DNA of 60,000 nt, from the NCBI GenBank assembly GCA_964187785.1, contig OZ076409.1:19036001-19096000 (forward strand). Reading direction: 5' to 3'. The position numbers and the translations under genes are program-made. Under the pieces are notes generated by a model. The model did not search any database, was not told the DNA's origin, and saw nothing but the letters and a program-made list of their open reading frames with translations. The stretch comes from Amphiscolops sp. MND2022 (taxonomy: Eukaryota). Positions 26,847 through 39,973 of this stretch are shown piece after piece. Each line of letters begins with the position of its first letter. Positions within the stretch are counted from its first letter, which is position 1.

Positions 26847-27438
26847 CTAGCAGCACAGTGTGATGAATTCGTTTTCACCACCAATTTTTATTTCTTCTGG
26901 TTCCACTAAAGTTCGATGCCTTGTGAAACAACTTTTCTCTTCCGAACACATACCACAAATAGCGGTCAACATCTTAATTGATTCCACTTTGTGTAGGAGA
27001 TTGTTAATTTTTTTGAAGCCCTCTCTGCTGTGATTACCAATCAGTGCCGCGACGACAAAAATTTGCCAAGCCATAGCCAATTGGTCAAACATTTCAACAA
27101 TGTCATCAAAAAATTGTTCTTCGTCAATGCCTGAAACGATTTCTGAGCAATTGTTCCAATAAAAAGAATGGAAAAGCAAGGTAGCACATTTTACCTGCAA
27201 CGTCATTTTGCGACATTTTTTCGTGACCTGCATCCAGTGTCAATGTCTCAATTGCTTCAAGTGATTGCCCGTCGTGAGAAATATCCTGCGTGGGGCTATA
27301 TCTCAAGTCACCTGTGTATTTGACCACGACGCAGGATTTTTGACGATGAGTATAACGTTAGACCCGTCTGAGAAGCTCAGTCGTTTTCCCGCTAAACAAA
27401 GGGCCAATAATTGCTTCAATCGATCCGGATTTGTTTAT
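26847..27438 (-). pseudogene. TK1: Second, inverted thymidine kinase pseudogene
   Basis: Mirror copy with the same intron; start ATG>ATA, a TAA after LLRRV and a small deletion near 27065. Confidence 0.9.
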
Positions 27439-27764
27439 TGCGTGTTCGTTGCAGAACTTCGTCCAACAGCGTTTATCGTCAGAAGTGTTATGATAAAAGA
27501 ACGGTTTTTATTTGAGTCAGGTTTGGTTTTATCAATTCCGAGATACGTTTGTTTCACTTCCAATAGACAACATAGAAGTGTTAAGTTGATTCGTTGTTGA
27601 TATTGACTATCAGTATGAATGGAAACTTCAATGTTCAACTTCAATGGGAAGTTCGTTTGAGTTGTCAAGGTAGTTTCAGTTTGTTTATATCTCCAGACAT
27701 CGTTGAATCAACTCGCTCATGTTTCAGTTGATTCTGTGGCGATATTGACCACTATTAGGACATT

Positions 27765-30700
27765 ACATTACATCTTTCATTATACATTACTATACTATAT
27801 TCCTAAAGTAGCTAAGATTCGATGATCACGGCCGTATGACTTAAATTGGATTTTTTTTTCAATATACAGTTCCATACTATGGGTGTAAAGTAGCTAAGAT
27901 TTGATGAACACGGTCGTATATGACTTATATTCGATCTATCTTTTAATATACTTTACTATACTATATTTCTAAAGTAGCTAAGATTTGTTGAAAACGGTCG
28001 TATGACTTATATTCGATCCTTTTTTCAATATAATGTACCATACTAAAGGTCTAAAGTAGCTAACATTTAATGAACACGGTCGTATAGGACTTATGTTTGA
28101 TCTATCTTTCAATATACAGTACCATATTATCGTTGTTGATATTGACAATCAGTATGAATGGAAACTTCAATGTTCAACTTCAATGGGAAGTTCGTTTGGG
28201 TTGTCGAGGTAGTTTCAGTTTGTTTATATCTCCAGACATCGTTGAATCAACTCGCTCATGTATCAGTTGATTCTGTGGCAATATTGACAACTATTAGGAC
28301 AAATTAGAAACTTCTAAGTTCAACTTGGATTGGAAGGTCGTTTGAGTTGTCAACATAGTTTCAGTTTGTTTATATCACCAGACCATTCGATCTATCTTTC
28401 AATGTACGGTACCATATCATAGGTCTAAAGTAGCTAAGAATCGATGAACACGGTCGTATAGGACTAAAATTCGTTTTATCTCTCAACATACAAAACCACA
28501 CTATGGGTCAAGTAGCTAAGATTTAATTAACATGGTCTTGTCGGTTTTATATTCGTTCTATCTCTCAATATACAGTACCATACGATAAGACTAAAGTAGC
28601 TAAGATTCAATGAACACAGCCGTATAGGACTTATATTCAATCTATCTTTCAATATACATTTCTATACTAAATAACTAAAGTAGCTAGGATTCGGTGAACT
28701 CGATAGTATTGGACTTTTATTCGATCTCTTTTTCAATATACAGTTCCATTCTATAAAGTAGCTAAGATTCGATGAACACTCTCGTATAGGGCTTAAATTT
28801 GATCTATCTTTCAATATACAGTAAAATATTATAGGTCTAAAGTAGCTAAGACTCAATTACCACGATCGTATAGGTTTTATATTCGATCAGTCTTTCAATA
28901 TACAGTTCCAAACTAGAGGTCTAAAGTAGCTAAGATTTAGCGAGCACGGTCGTATAAGACTTTTGTTTGATCTATCTTTCAAAATTCAGTACCGTAGTAT
29001 AGGTCTAAAGTAGCAAAGATGCGATGAACAAGGTCGTATAGGACTTAAATTCGATCTTTTTTTCAATATACATTACTACATTATAGGTCTAAAGTAGCTA
29101 CGATTTAATGATTACGGTCTTATAGGAATTATGCTTGATCTATCTTTCATTATACGGTACCATATTATAGGTCTAAAGTAGCTAAGATTTGATGAACACG
29201 GTGGTATATGACTTATATTTGATCTATCTTTCATTATACATTACTATACTATATTTCTAAAGTAGCTAAGATTTGATGAACACGGTGGTATATGACTTAT
29301 ATTTGATCTATCTTTCATTATACAATTCTATACTATATTCCTAAAGTAGCTAAGATTCGATGATCACGGCCGTATGACTTAAATTGGATTTTTTTTTCAA
29401 TATACAGTTCCATACTATGGGTGTAAAGTAGCTATACGATCTATCTTTTAATATACTTTACTATACTATATTTCAAAAGTAGCTAAGATTTGTTGAAAAC
29501 GGTCGTATGACTTATATTCGATCATTTGTTTAATATAATGTACCATACTAAAGGTCTAAAGTAGCTAACATTTAATGAACACGGTCGTATAGGACTTATG
29601 TTTGATCTATCTTTCAATATACAGTACCATATTATCGTTGTTGATATTGACAATCAATATGAATGGAAACTTCAATGTTCAACTTCAATGGGAAGTTCGT
29701 TTGAGTTGTCAAAGTAGTTTCAGTTTGTTTATATCTCCAGACATCGTTGAATCAACTCGCTCATGTTTCAGTTGATTCTGTGGCGATATTGACCACTATT
29801 AGGACAAATTAGAAACTTCTAAGTTCAACATGGATTGGAAGGTCGTTTGAGTTGTCAACATAGTTTCAGTTTGTTTTTATCACCAGACCATTCGATCTAT
29901 CTTTCAATGTACGGTACCATATCATAGGTCTAAAGTAGCTAAGAATCGATGAACACGGTCGTATAGGACTAAAATTCGTTTTATCTCTCAACATACAAAA
30001 CCACACTATGGGTCAAGTAGCTAAAATTTAATCAACATGGTCTTGTCGGTTTTATATTCGTTCTTTCTCTCAATATACAGTACCATACGATAAGACTAAA
30101 GTAGCTAAGATTCAATGAACACAGTCGTATAGGACTTACATTCAATCTATCTTTCAATATACATTTCTATACTAAATTACTAAAGTAGCTAGGATTCGGT
30201 GTATTCGATAGTATTGGACTTTTATTCAATCTCTTTTTCAATATACAGTTCCATTCTATAAAGTAGCTAAGTTTCGATGAACACTCTCGTATAGGGCTTA
30301 AATTCGATCTATCTTTCAATATACAGTAAAATATTATAGGTCTAAAGTAGCTAAGACCCAATTACCACGATCGTATAGGTTTTATATTCGATCAGTCTTT
30401 CAATATACAGTTCCAAACTAGAGGTCTAAAGTAGCTAAGATTTAACGAGCACGGTCGTATAAGACTTTCGTTTGATCTATCTTTCAAAATTCAGTACCGT
30501 AGTATAGGTCTAAAGTAGCAAAGATGCGATGAACACGGTCGTATAGGACTTATATTCGATCTTTTTTTCAATATACATTACTACATTATAGGTCTAAAGT
30601 AGCTACGATTTAATGATTACGGTCTTATAGGAATTATGCTTGATCTATCTTTCATTATACGGTACCATATTATAGGTCTAAAGTAGCTAAGATTTGATGA

Positions 30701-33700
30701 ACACGGTGGTATATGACTTATATTTGATCTATCTTTCATTATACATTTCTATACTATATTTCTAAAGTAGCTAAGATTTGATGAACACGGTGGTATATGA
30801 CTTATATTTGATCTATCTTTCATTATACAATTCTATACTATATTCCTAAAGTAGCTAAGATTCGATGATCACGGCCGTATGACTTAAATTGGATTTTTTT
30901 TTCAATATACAGTTCCATACTGTGGGTGTAAAGTAGCTAAGGTTTGATGAACACGGTCGTATATGACTTATATTCGATCTATCTTTTAATATACTTTACT
31001 ATACTATATTTCAAAAGTAGCTAAGATTTGTTGAAAACGGTCGTATGACTTATATTCGATCATTTGTTTAATATAATGTACCATACTAAAGGTCTAAAGT
31101 AGCTAACATTTAATGAACACGGTCGTATAGGACTTATGTTTGATCTATCTTTCATTATACAGTACCATATTATCGTTGTTGATATTGACAATCAATATGA
31201 ATGGAAACTTCAATGTTCAACTTCAATGGGAAGTTCGTTTGAGTTGTCAAAGTAGTTTCAGTTTGTTTATATCTCCAGACATCGTTGAATCAACTCGCTC
31301 ATGTTTCAGTTGATTCTGTGGCGATATTGACCACTATTAGGACAAATTAGAAACTTCTAAGTTCAACATGGATTGGAAGGTCGTTTGAGTTGTCAACATA
31401 GTTTCAGTTTGTTTTTATCACCAGACCATTCGATCTATCTTTCAATGTACGGTACCATATCATAGGTCTAAAGTAGCTAGGAATCGATGAACACGGTCGT
31501 ATAGGACTAAAATTCGTTTTATCTCTCAACATACAAAACCACACTATGGGTCAAGTAGCTAAGATTTAATCAACATGGTCTTGTCGGTTTTATATTCGTT
31601 CTTTCTCTCAATATACAGTACCATACGATAAGACTAAAGTAGCTAAGATTCAATGAACACAGTCGTATAGGACTTACATTCAATCTATCTTTCAATATAC
31701 ATTTCTATACTAAATTACTAAAGTAGCTAGGATTCGGTGTATTCGATAGTATTGGACTTTTATTCAATCTCTTTTTCAATATACAGTTCCATTCTATAAA
31801 GTAGCTAAGTTTCGATGAACACTCTCGTATAGGGCTTAAATTCGATCTATCTTTCAATATACAGTAAAATTTTATAGGTCTAAAGTAGCTGAGACTCAAT
31901 TAACACGATCGTATAGGTTTTATATTCGATCAGTCTTTCAATATACAGTACCAAACTAGAGGTCTAAAGTAGCTAAAATTTAACGAGCACGGTCGTATAA
32001 GACTTTTGTTCGATCTATCTTTCAATATTCAGTACCATAGTATAGGTCTAAAGTAGCAAAGATGCGATGAACACGGTCGTATAGGACTTATATTCGATCT
32101 ATCTTTCAATATACATTACTACATTATAGGTCTAAAGTAGCTACGATTTAATGATTACGGTCGTATAGGAATTATGTTTGATCTATCTTTCATTATACGG
32201 TACCATATTATAGGTCTAAAGTAGCTAAGATTTGATGAACACGGTGGTATATGACTTATACTTGATCTATCTTTCGTTATACATTACTATACTATATTTC
32301 TGAAGTAGCTACGATCCGATGAACACGATTGTATGACTTTTATTCGATCTTTTTTCCAGTATACAATTCCATACTACAGGTCTAAAGTAGCTAAAATTTA
32401 TTGAACACGGTCGTATAGGGATTATGTTTAATCTATCTTTCATTATACGGTACCATATTATAGGTCTAAAGTAGCTAAGATTTGATGAACACGGTCGTAT
32501 ATGACTTATAGTCGATCTATCTTTCAATATACATTACTATACTATATTTCTAAAGTAGCTAAGATTCGAGGAACACGGTCGTATGACATATGTTCGATCA
32601 TTTTTTCAGTATACACTACCATACTATCTTTCTAAAGTAGCTAAGATTCAAGGAACACGGTCGTATAGGACTTATATTCGATTTATCTTTCTATATATGG
32701 TACTCTAATCAAATTCCAAAGTAGCTAAGATTCGAGGAACACGGTCGTATGACATATGTTCGATCATTTTTTCAGTATACACTACCATACTATCTTTCTA
32801 AAGTAGCTAAGATTCAGGGAACACGGTCGTATAGGACTAAAATTCGTTTTATCTCTCAACATACAAACCCACACTATGGGTCAAGTAGCTAAGATTTAAT
32901 TAACATGGTCTTGTCGGTTTTATATTCGTTCTATCTCTCAATATACAGTACCATACGATAAGACTAAAGTAGCTAAGATTCAATGAACACAGTCGTATAG
33001 GACTTATATTCAATCTATCTTTCAATATACATTTCTATACTAAATAACTAAAGTAGCTAGGATTCGGTGAACTCGATAGTTTTGGACTTTTATTCGATCT
33101 CTTGATCAATATACAGTTCCATTCTAAAAAGTAGCTAAGATTCGATGAACACTCTCGTATAGGGCTTAAATTCGATCTATCTTTCAATATACAGTAAAAT
33201 ATTATAGGTCTAAAGTAGCTAAGACTCAATTACCACGATCGTATAGGTTTTATATTCGATCAGTCTTTCAATATACAGTTCCAAACTAGAGGTCTAAAGT
33301 AGCTAAGATTTAACGAGCACGGTCGTATAAGACTTTTGTTTGATCTATCTTTCAATATTCAGTACCATAGTATAGGTCTAAAGTAGCAAAGATACGATGA
33401 ACACGGTCGTATAGGACTTATATTCGATCTATTTTTCAATATACATTACTACATTATAGGTCTAAAGTACCTACGATTTAATAATTACTGTCTTATAGGA
33501 ATTATGCTTGATCTATCTTTCATTATACGGTACCATATTATAGGTCTAAAGTAGCTAAGATTCAAGGAACACGGTCGTATAGGACTTATATTCGATTTAT
33601 CTTTCTATATATGGTACTCTAATCAAATTCCAAAGTAGCTAAGATTCGAGGAACACGGTCGTATGACATATGTTCGATCATTTTTTCAGTATACACTACC

Positions 33701-36491
33701 ATACTATCTTTCTAAAGTAGCTAAGATTCAGGGAACACGGTCGTATAGGACTAAAATTCGTTTTATCTCTCAACATACAAACCCACACTATGGGTCAAGT
33801 AGCTAAGATTTAATTAACATGGTCTTGTCGGTTTTATATTCGTTCTATCTCTCAATATACAGTACCATACGATAAGACTAAAGTAGCTAAGATTCAATGA
33901 ACACAGTCGTATAGGACTTATATTCAATCTATCTTTCAATATACATTTCTATACTAAATAACTAAAGTAGCTAGGATTCGGTGAACTCGATAGTTTTGGA
34001 CTTTTATTCGATCTCTTTTTCAATATACAGTTCCATTCTAAAAAGTAGCTAAGATTCGATGATCACTCTCGTATAGGGCTTAAATTCGATCTATCTTTCA
34101 ATATACAGTAAAATATTATAGGTCTAAAGTAGCTAAGACTCAATTACCACGATCGTATAGGTTTTATATTCGATCAGTCTTTCAATATACAGTTCCAAAC
34201 TAGAGGTCTAAAGTAGCTAAGATTTAACGAGCACGGTCGTATAAGACTTTTGTTTGATCTATCTTTCAATATTCAGTACCATAGTATAGGTCTAAAGTAG
34301 CAAAGATGCGATGAACACGGTCGTATAGGACTTATATTCGATCTATTTTTCAATATACATTACTACATTATAGGTCTAAAGTACCTACGATTTAATAATT
34401 ACTGTCTTATAGGAATTATGCTTGATCTATCTTTCATTATACGGTACCATATTATAGGTCTAAAGTAGCTAAGATTTGATGAACACGGTGGTATATGACT
34501 TATATTTGATCTATCTTTCATTATACATTACTATACTATATTTCTAAAGTAGCTAAGATTTGATGAACACGGTGGTATATGACTTATATTTGATCTATCT
34601 TTCATTATACAATTCTATACTATATTCCTAAAGTAGCTAAGATTCGATGATCACGGCCGTATGACTTAAATTGGATTTTTTTTTCAATATACAGTTCCAT
34701 ACTATGGGTGTAAAGTAGCTAAGATTTGATGAACACGGTCGTATATGACTTATATTCGATCTATCTTTTAATATACTTTACTATACTATATTTCAAAAGT
34801 AGCTAAGATTTGTTGAAAACGGTCGTATGACTTATATTCGATCGTTTGTTTAATATAATGTACCATACTAAAGGTCTAAAGTAGCTAACATTTAATGAAC
34901 ACGGTCGTATAGGACTTATGTTTGATCTATCTTTCAATATACAGTACCATATTATCGTTGTTGATATTGACAATCAATATGAATGGAAACTTCAATGTTC
35001 AACTTCAATGGGAAGTTCGTTTGAGTTGTCAGAGTAGTTTCAGTTTGTTTATATCTCCAGACATCGTTGAATCAACTCGCTCATGTTTCAGTTGATTCTG
35101 TGGCGATATTGACCACTATTAGGACAAATTAGAAACTTCTAAGTTCAACATGGATTGGAAGGTCGTTTGAGTTGTCAACATAGTTTCAGTTTGTTTTTAT
35201 CACCAGACCATTCGATCTATCTTTCAATGTACGGTACCATATCATAGGTCTAAAGTAGCTAAGAATCGATGAACACGGTGGTATATGACTTATATTTGAT
35301 CTATCTTTCATTATACATTACTATACTATATTTCTAAAGTAGCTAAGATTTGATGAACACGGTGGTATATGACTTATATTTGATCTATCTTTCATTATAC
35401 AATTCTATACTATATTCCTAAAGTAGCTAAGATTCGATGATCACGGCCGTATGACTTAAATTGGATTTTTTTTTCAATATACAGTTCCATACTATGGGTG
35501 TAAAGTAGCTAAGATTTGATGAACACGGTCGTATATGACTTATATTCGATCTATCTTTTAATATACTTTACTATACTATATTTCAAAAGTAGCTAAGATT
35601 TGTTGAAAACGGTCGTATGACTTATATTCGATCATTTGTTTAATATAATGTACCATACTAAAGGTCTAAAGTAGCTAACATTTAATGAACACGGTCGTAT
35701 AGGACTTATATTTGATCTATTTTTCAATATACTTTACTACAGTATAGGTCTAAAGTAGCTACGACTTTTTGAACACGGTCGTATAGGAGATATGTTTGAT
35801 CTATCTTTCATTATACGGTACCATATTATAGGTTTAAAGTAGCTAAGATTTGATGAACACGGTCGTATATGACTTATATTCGATCAATCTTTCAATGTAT
35901 ATTCATTACTATAATATATTTCCAAAGTAGCTAAGATTCGATGAACACGGTCGTATGACTTATATTCGATCTTTTGTTTCTGTATACATTACCATACTAT
36001 ATTTCTGAAGTAGCTAAGATTCGATGAACACGATTGTATAGGACTTATATTCCATCTATCTTTCAATATACTGTACCGTGCTATTTTTCTAAAGTAGCTA
36101 AAATTCGATGAACACGATTGTATAGGACTTATATTCCATCTATCTTTCAATATACCGAACCGTGCTATTTTTCTAAAGTAGCTAAGATTCGATGAACACG
36201 GTCGTATGACTTATATTCGATCTTTTTTTAGTATACAGTTATATATCATAGGTGTAAGGTAGCTAAGATCCATTGAACACGGTGGTGTAGGACTTATATT
36301 CGATCTATATTCCAATATACTTTACTACACTATAGGTCTAAAATAGCTACGCTTTAATTATTACGGTCGTATAGGATTTATGTTTGATCTATCTTTCAAA
36401 ATACAGTCCCATTCTGTAGGTCTGAAATAGCTAAGATCCATTCAACACGGCGGTGTAGGACTTATAATCGATCTATATTTCAAAATAAAGT
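27765..36491 (-). repeat. 84-bp satellite array, right arm (reverse orientation), organised in ~1.3-1.5-kb higher-order repeats; resumes at 54025-54075
   Basis: AAAGTAG at 29007, 29091, 29175 (period 84); variant blocks recur at 28662/30167/31705/33035; a ~250-bp TK-upstream segment is interspersed near 28135, 29638, 31175 and 34957. Confidence 0.95.
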
Positions 36492-38232
36492 TGTCGTAAG
36501 CATTAGAACCAACTATGCCATCATTTTGGCGGTTACAATTAAGCTTACTAGCTGAACTGTCTTTAGGGTGAATATTTTGCAGTCCTTCGGAGTTCACTTC
36601 CGGTCTCTCGGACGGAACGTTCCATCTATTCTGAGTCGAGTGTCCCGATCCGGCACTTAGAGCGGATTGAATCTGAGGCAATATCTGATTGCTAATTGCA
36701 TCACTAATTGCCCTTTGAATCTGGGAATTGACACTACACATCATATCATCTAACTCCCTTGACAGTCTTGAGTTCAACTCGCTTGACAACTTGTTAATCT
36801 CAGCACTAGAATTACCTCCAGTTGAAATCCGGCCGCATTCGGCATTATCACTAGGATCTATGTCGCTTGTGGCTGAGTACCTATTTTCACCATTATTCTC
36901 TAATTCATCTGCAGAAGCACTATCAGGCCTTCTGCCAAAATTGCTACTAACACTTTCATCTCTCTCATTTCTGTTGAAATGGTTTTCTCCTAACATGATA
37001 TCGAGGTTTTCTATGTCAGATAGCATCTCTATCCCTCTTGACTTCCTAGCCTTCTTTTGTCTTCTCGTAGTAGGCATTAAGAATTTGAGGTTGAATAATT
37101 TATTGGTGGTCTAGGTTTTGCAATCTATAAGAGCGAAACAAACTGAGTTTGGGTATCATAAGAAAACTTGTGTCCACCTCTCGGAACGGGTGGGTATATA
37201 TACTCCCGAGAGGATAGAATTTACATATTTTGGTACAATTCCCGCAATTTACAAATTCCTCAAGTCATAAGATTAAGGCACAACACTGATTAGAATGAGG
37301 CGGTTAGCACCTTATCAAAGATCCTTAGGAATTCATACTTGCTAGGGTCACGAAGTTATATCTTTCCATTTGAAAACATCAACAATATTACTACATATCA
37401 TCATAGTTGGGTAGCATCGGCAACAAACATCAAACAAATAACATAGCACAACTATCTAAGGAATGTTCATCACGGAATGCTGTCACGTGCCTGCTCAAGT
37501 CGGCCGTTGCAGCAAATAAGTAGCTTTAGCATAAATAATGAAACAAAATACAACATGTCCTAAATCGGCCATTGGACTTTAATTCATTCAGGGTGAATGG
37601 TCTAGTTAGTCCAAAAGATTGGTACTAATAATTGGGCTGGAATAGGGATACTAATTATTTCAAGCAACGTAAAAGCACTAATTATTAACTTCAGATGTAA
37701 ATAGAAGACTTACATGACTACTAAACACTACAACATTATTAATACAATAGGTTGCAACAATGATCAAAGAAATGGCCTATTCCGGCCATCTGCCTAGTAT
37801 TCCAACTAATTAATGCACCATTAAGACAAACGGCCATATCCGGCCAATTGATTAGAACAGCATTGCATCATGAAATACTCGAATATGATTGGTTGGTAAT
37901 TTAGGCTCAAGTGACGCTCTCGGACTGAAAGCTACGTACACTCGAACTCGTTTCCTTTAAGCCATTTAGTAGCTTGCATTGAACTGTAATTTACATTGAA
38001 CATTGTTATTTTACAACTTGCAACTTCACTTGTCTAATGTATTATTAGCAGACTAATACACATTGTACCATAATGAAAAATGTAGTTAACCTAAACAAAC
38101 GTAAATATTGAGAGTAAGTTTTCAGAGTTTAGCGTAAACCTGTTTAAAACGTGGGTAGGGTTCCGGGTATAACCTCTTGACTGGTTGCTGAAGTCGTTAT
38201 TAGAGTGCCATCACAGGCGGCAGCCTGCGACA
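36492..38232 (-). repeat. 3' LTR (contains an orphan gag 5' portion and the 3' end of ORF3)
   Basis: Direct repeat of 52284-54024 with about 14 substitutions counted by eye. Confidence 0.93.
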
Positions 38233-38968
38233 CTGCGGGTGCTATGAATAGAAAAGAGCCGGCATTTAGTCCATTTTCATAGGCATCTCTCCTGATTCTT
38301 GTTATGTACTCTGGCTCTCCTCGTGGTTTAGATCTCTCGACATACCAGTCCACCTTTTCCCTTTTGATTGCTTCCACTGACCTGCCGCAGACCATACAGC
38401 CAGAATACAGCTTCGTACTGACGTTTTCATAGGGTCTTGTATTCTGCACATGATAAGAGGCGTGAAAACCTCCCATTACTGGCTGCATAATAGGAGTGTC
38501 TGAGCTAGGCCCCCTCTCGTGATCAGGGGGTGACATTGGTGTGTCTGGGATTGGCAACAAAGTTTTGCAGATTTCTATGCGTGATGTTCCTGCTTTTTTC
38601 GGCGGGGCGTAGCACATTTCTTTGTCGAAATACCTGTGATCCAACTTTGGGGTAATATCAGTTTGTACTTGAGCCGAACTTGGACCAGCTTCCAGTTCGT
38701 CTTCCACGGGTTCGTCCATAGTCATGATCCTGCCCGCTATTAGCATGGGACTTGACGTGACTTCTCTTTCGATCCTTGCCACGAGCTGCTCTGTGTCCGT
38801 GGAGCAGTCTGTTTCCCAGCCAGATGATTCGTCTTCATCGCTAGATATATAGATGACGGATCTTTCGGAGTCATCAGAGTCCGATTCTTCTAAGCCAAAT
38901 AGTTTCCTTGAGAGGTTAAATTTGTTCATTATGATTTTCTTGGCAATTTTCGAAGCTAGCTGAGTCAA
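38144..38968 (-). CDS. Accessory ORF3 of the retrotransposon, unknown function (acidic N-terminus, CxxC)
   Basis: 274-codon open frame (first ATG 38929), sense to pol, ending 89 nt inside the 3' LTR; no signal peptide or transmembrane stretch, so not env-like. Confidence 0.65.
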   Translation of the reverse strand: MTQLASKIAKKIIMNKFNLSRKLFGLEESDSDDSERSVIYISSDEDESSGWETDCSTDTEQLVARIEREVTSSPMLIAGRIMTMDEPVEDELEAGPSSAQVQTDITPKLDHRYFDKEMCYAPPKKAGTSRIEICKTLLPIPDTPMSPPDHERGPSSDTPIMQPVMGGFHASYHVQNTRPYENVSTKLYSGCMVCGRSVEAIKREKVDWYVERSKPRGEPEYITRIRRDAYENGLNAGSFLFIAPAVSQAAACDGTLITTSATSQEVIPGTLPTF

Positions 38969-39199
38969 CCGTTTATCGATGAATTATGAGATAGAATGAA
39001 TTTATCAATTTTAGGAGACTAGCCGAGTTCGGCCTTTTCCCCGACGATTCGTTTTGGCGGCAGAATTCTTCGGTTGATCCTCCTAATCCGACGTAAACAT
39101 TCCTGAATGGAATCCCATAATTAGTCGGCTATCTTTGATAGTTCAATGTTTACCCCTCATCAAAAACTCCGCTTGGAGAGGTGTGAATAACACTCAAGT

Positions 39200-39520
39200 T
39201 GTTAAAACCAACTTCATGATTTTCAAGTGGGTAATTAACAGGTCGCTTGAAGGTAGTTAACGGAGCGCGCCGTAACTTCATCTCAACATAGCGTTAGCCA
39301 ATCGGATTCTTCCGTAGATAAATTGAAAATTAATAAATAAAATGGCGGAAAATAATAATTCCGAATAATCCAAAATGGCGAGTTTCTAACTAAGGGTAAT
39401 AAGGGCAACTGGACAAAATGGTAAAAAGGAATAGGGCAAACGGTCATAAGCGGCCACTAACTAACTAAGCTGTAAATAGTGCATGCTTCCTGTACATTTC
39501 CCTGGCAGACTCCATGTACA
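39200..39520. promoter_or_regulatory. Putative bidirectional promoter between ORF3 and the antisense gene
   Basis: Lies between divergent ORFs; CCAAT at ~39298, YY1-like AAAATGGCG at ~39339 and ~39372. Motif-level inference only. Confidence 0.3.
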
Positions 39521-39973
39521 ATTATAAATATGTAAATAATTACATAATAGGAGTCTGATAATTTCTTCAGCCACGAACTCCAACTTCTAATTCTATTATC
39601 CCATTTTAATTCCAGTTCAATTCCGATTATTTTACTTCTGCTTTCTTTATCTGGAATTCTTCATCAGACAGCTTTCGCTACTCATCTTTAGCCTCTCCAA
39701 CAATCTTCCTCCCTGAAGTATCCCCAGGATCCGTCCCTGATCCGAATTCGGCCAAATTCTACATTTCTGGAGTCTGATTGGTTCGACATCGATAGGCGAA
39801 GCAGGGCAGAATGTCTTCAGTTGAAGGTTGGTTTGCTTTGGTTTTGAACTTAATTTAGCTTGATCAAGGCTAAATTTGTTCACAAAATGCTTCCTGTTTC
39901 CATTTATAAACACGTGATATCACGATTTATTCAAATTTTCAAAGTACTTCCGGAAGTTTTCTAACGCGGCAAA

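Noticed and set aside
27765..36491. 84-bp array as a CRISPR array
   Set aside because: The whole monomer repeats, with no unique spacers and no cas genes; the context is eukaryotic.
36442..37077. Independent 211-aa gene or second retroelement
   Set aside because: It is the gag 5' portion contained in the 3' LTR, running into satellite.
38144..38968. ORF3 as env
   Set aside because: No signal peptide, furin site or transmembrane anchor.
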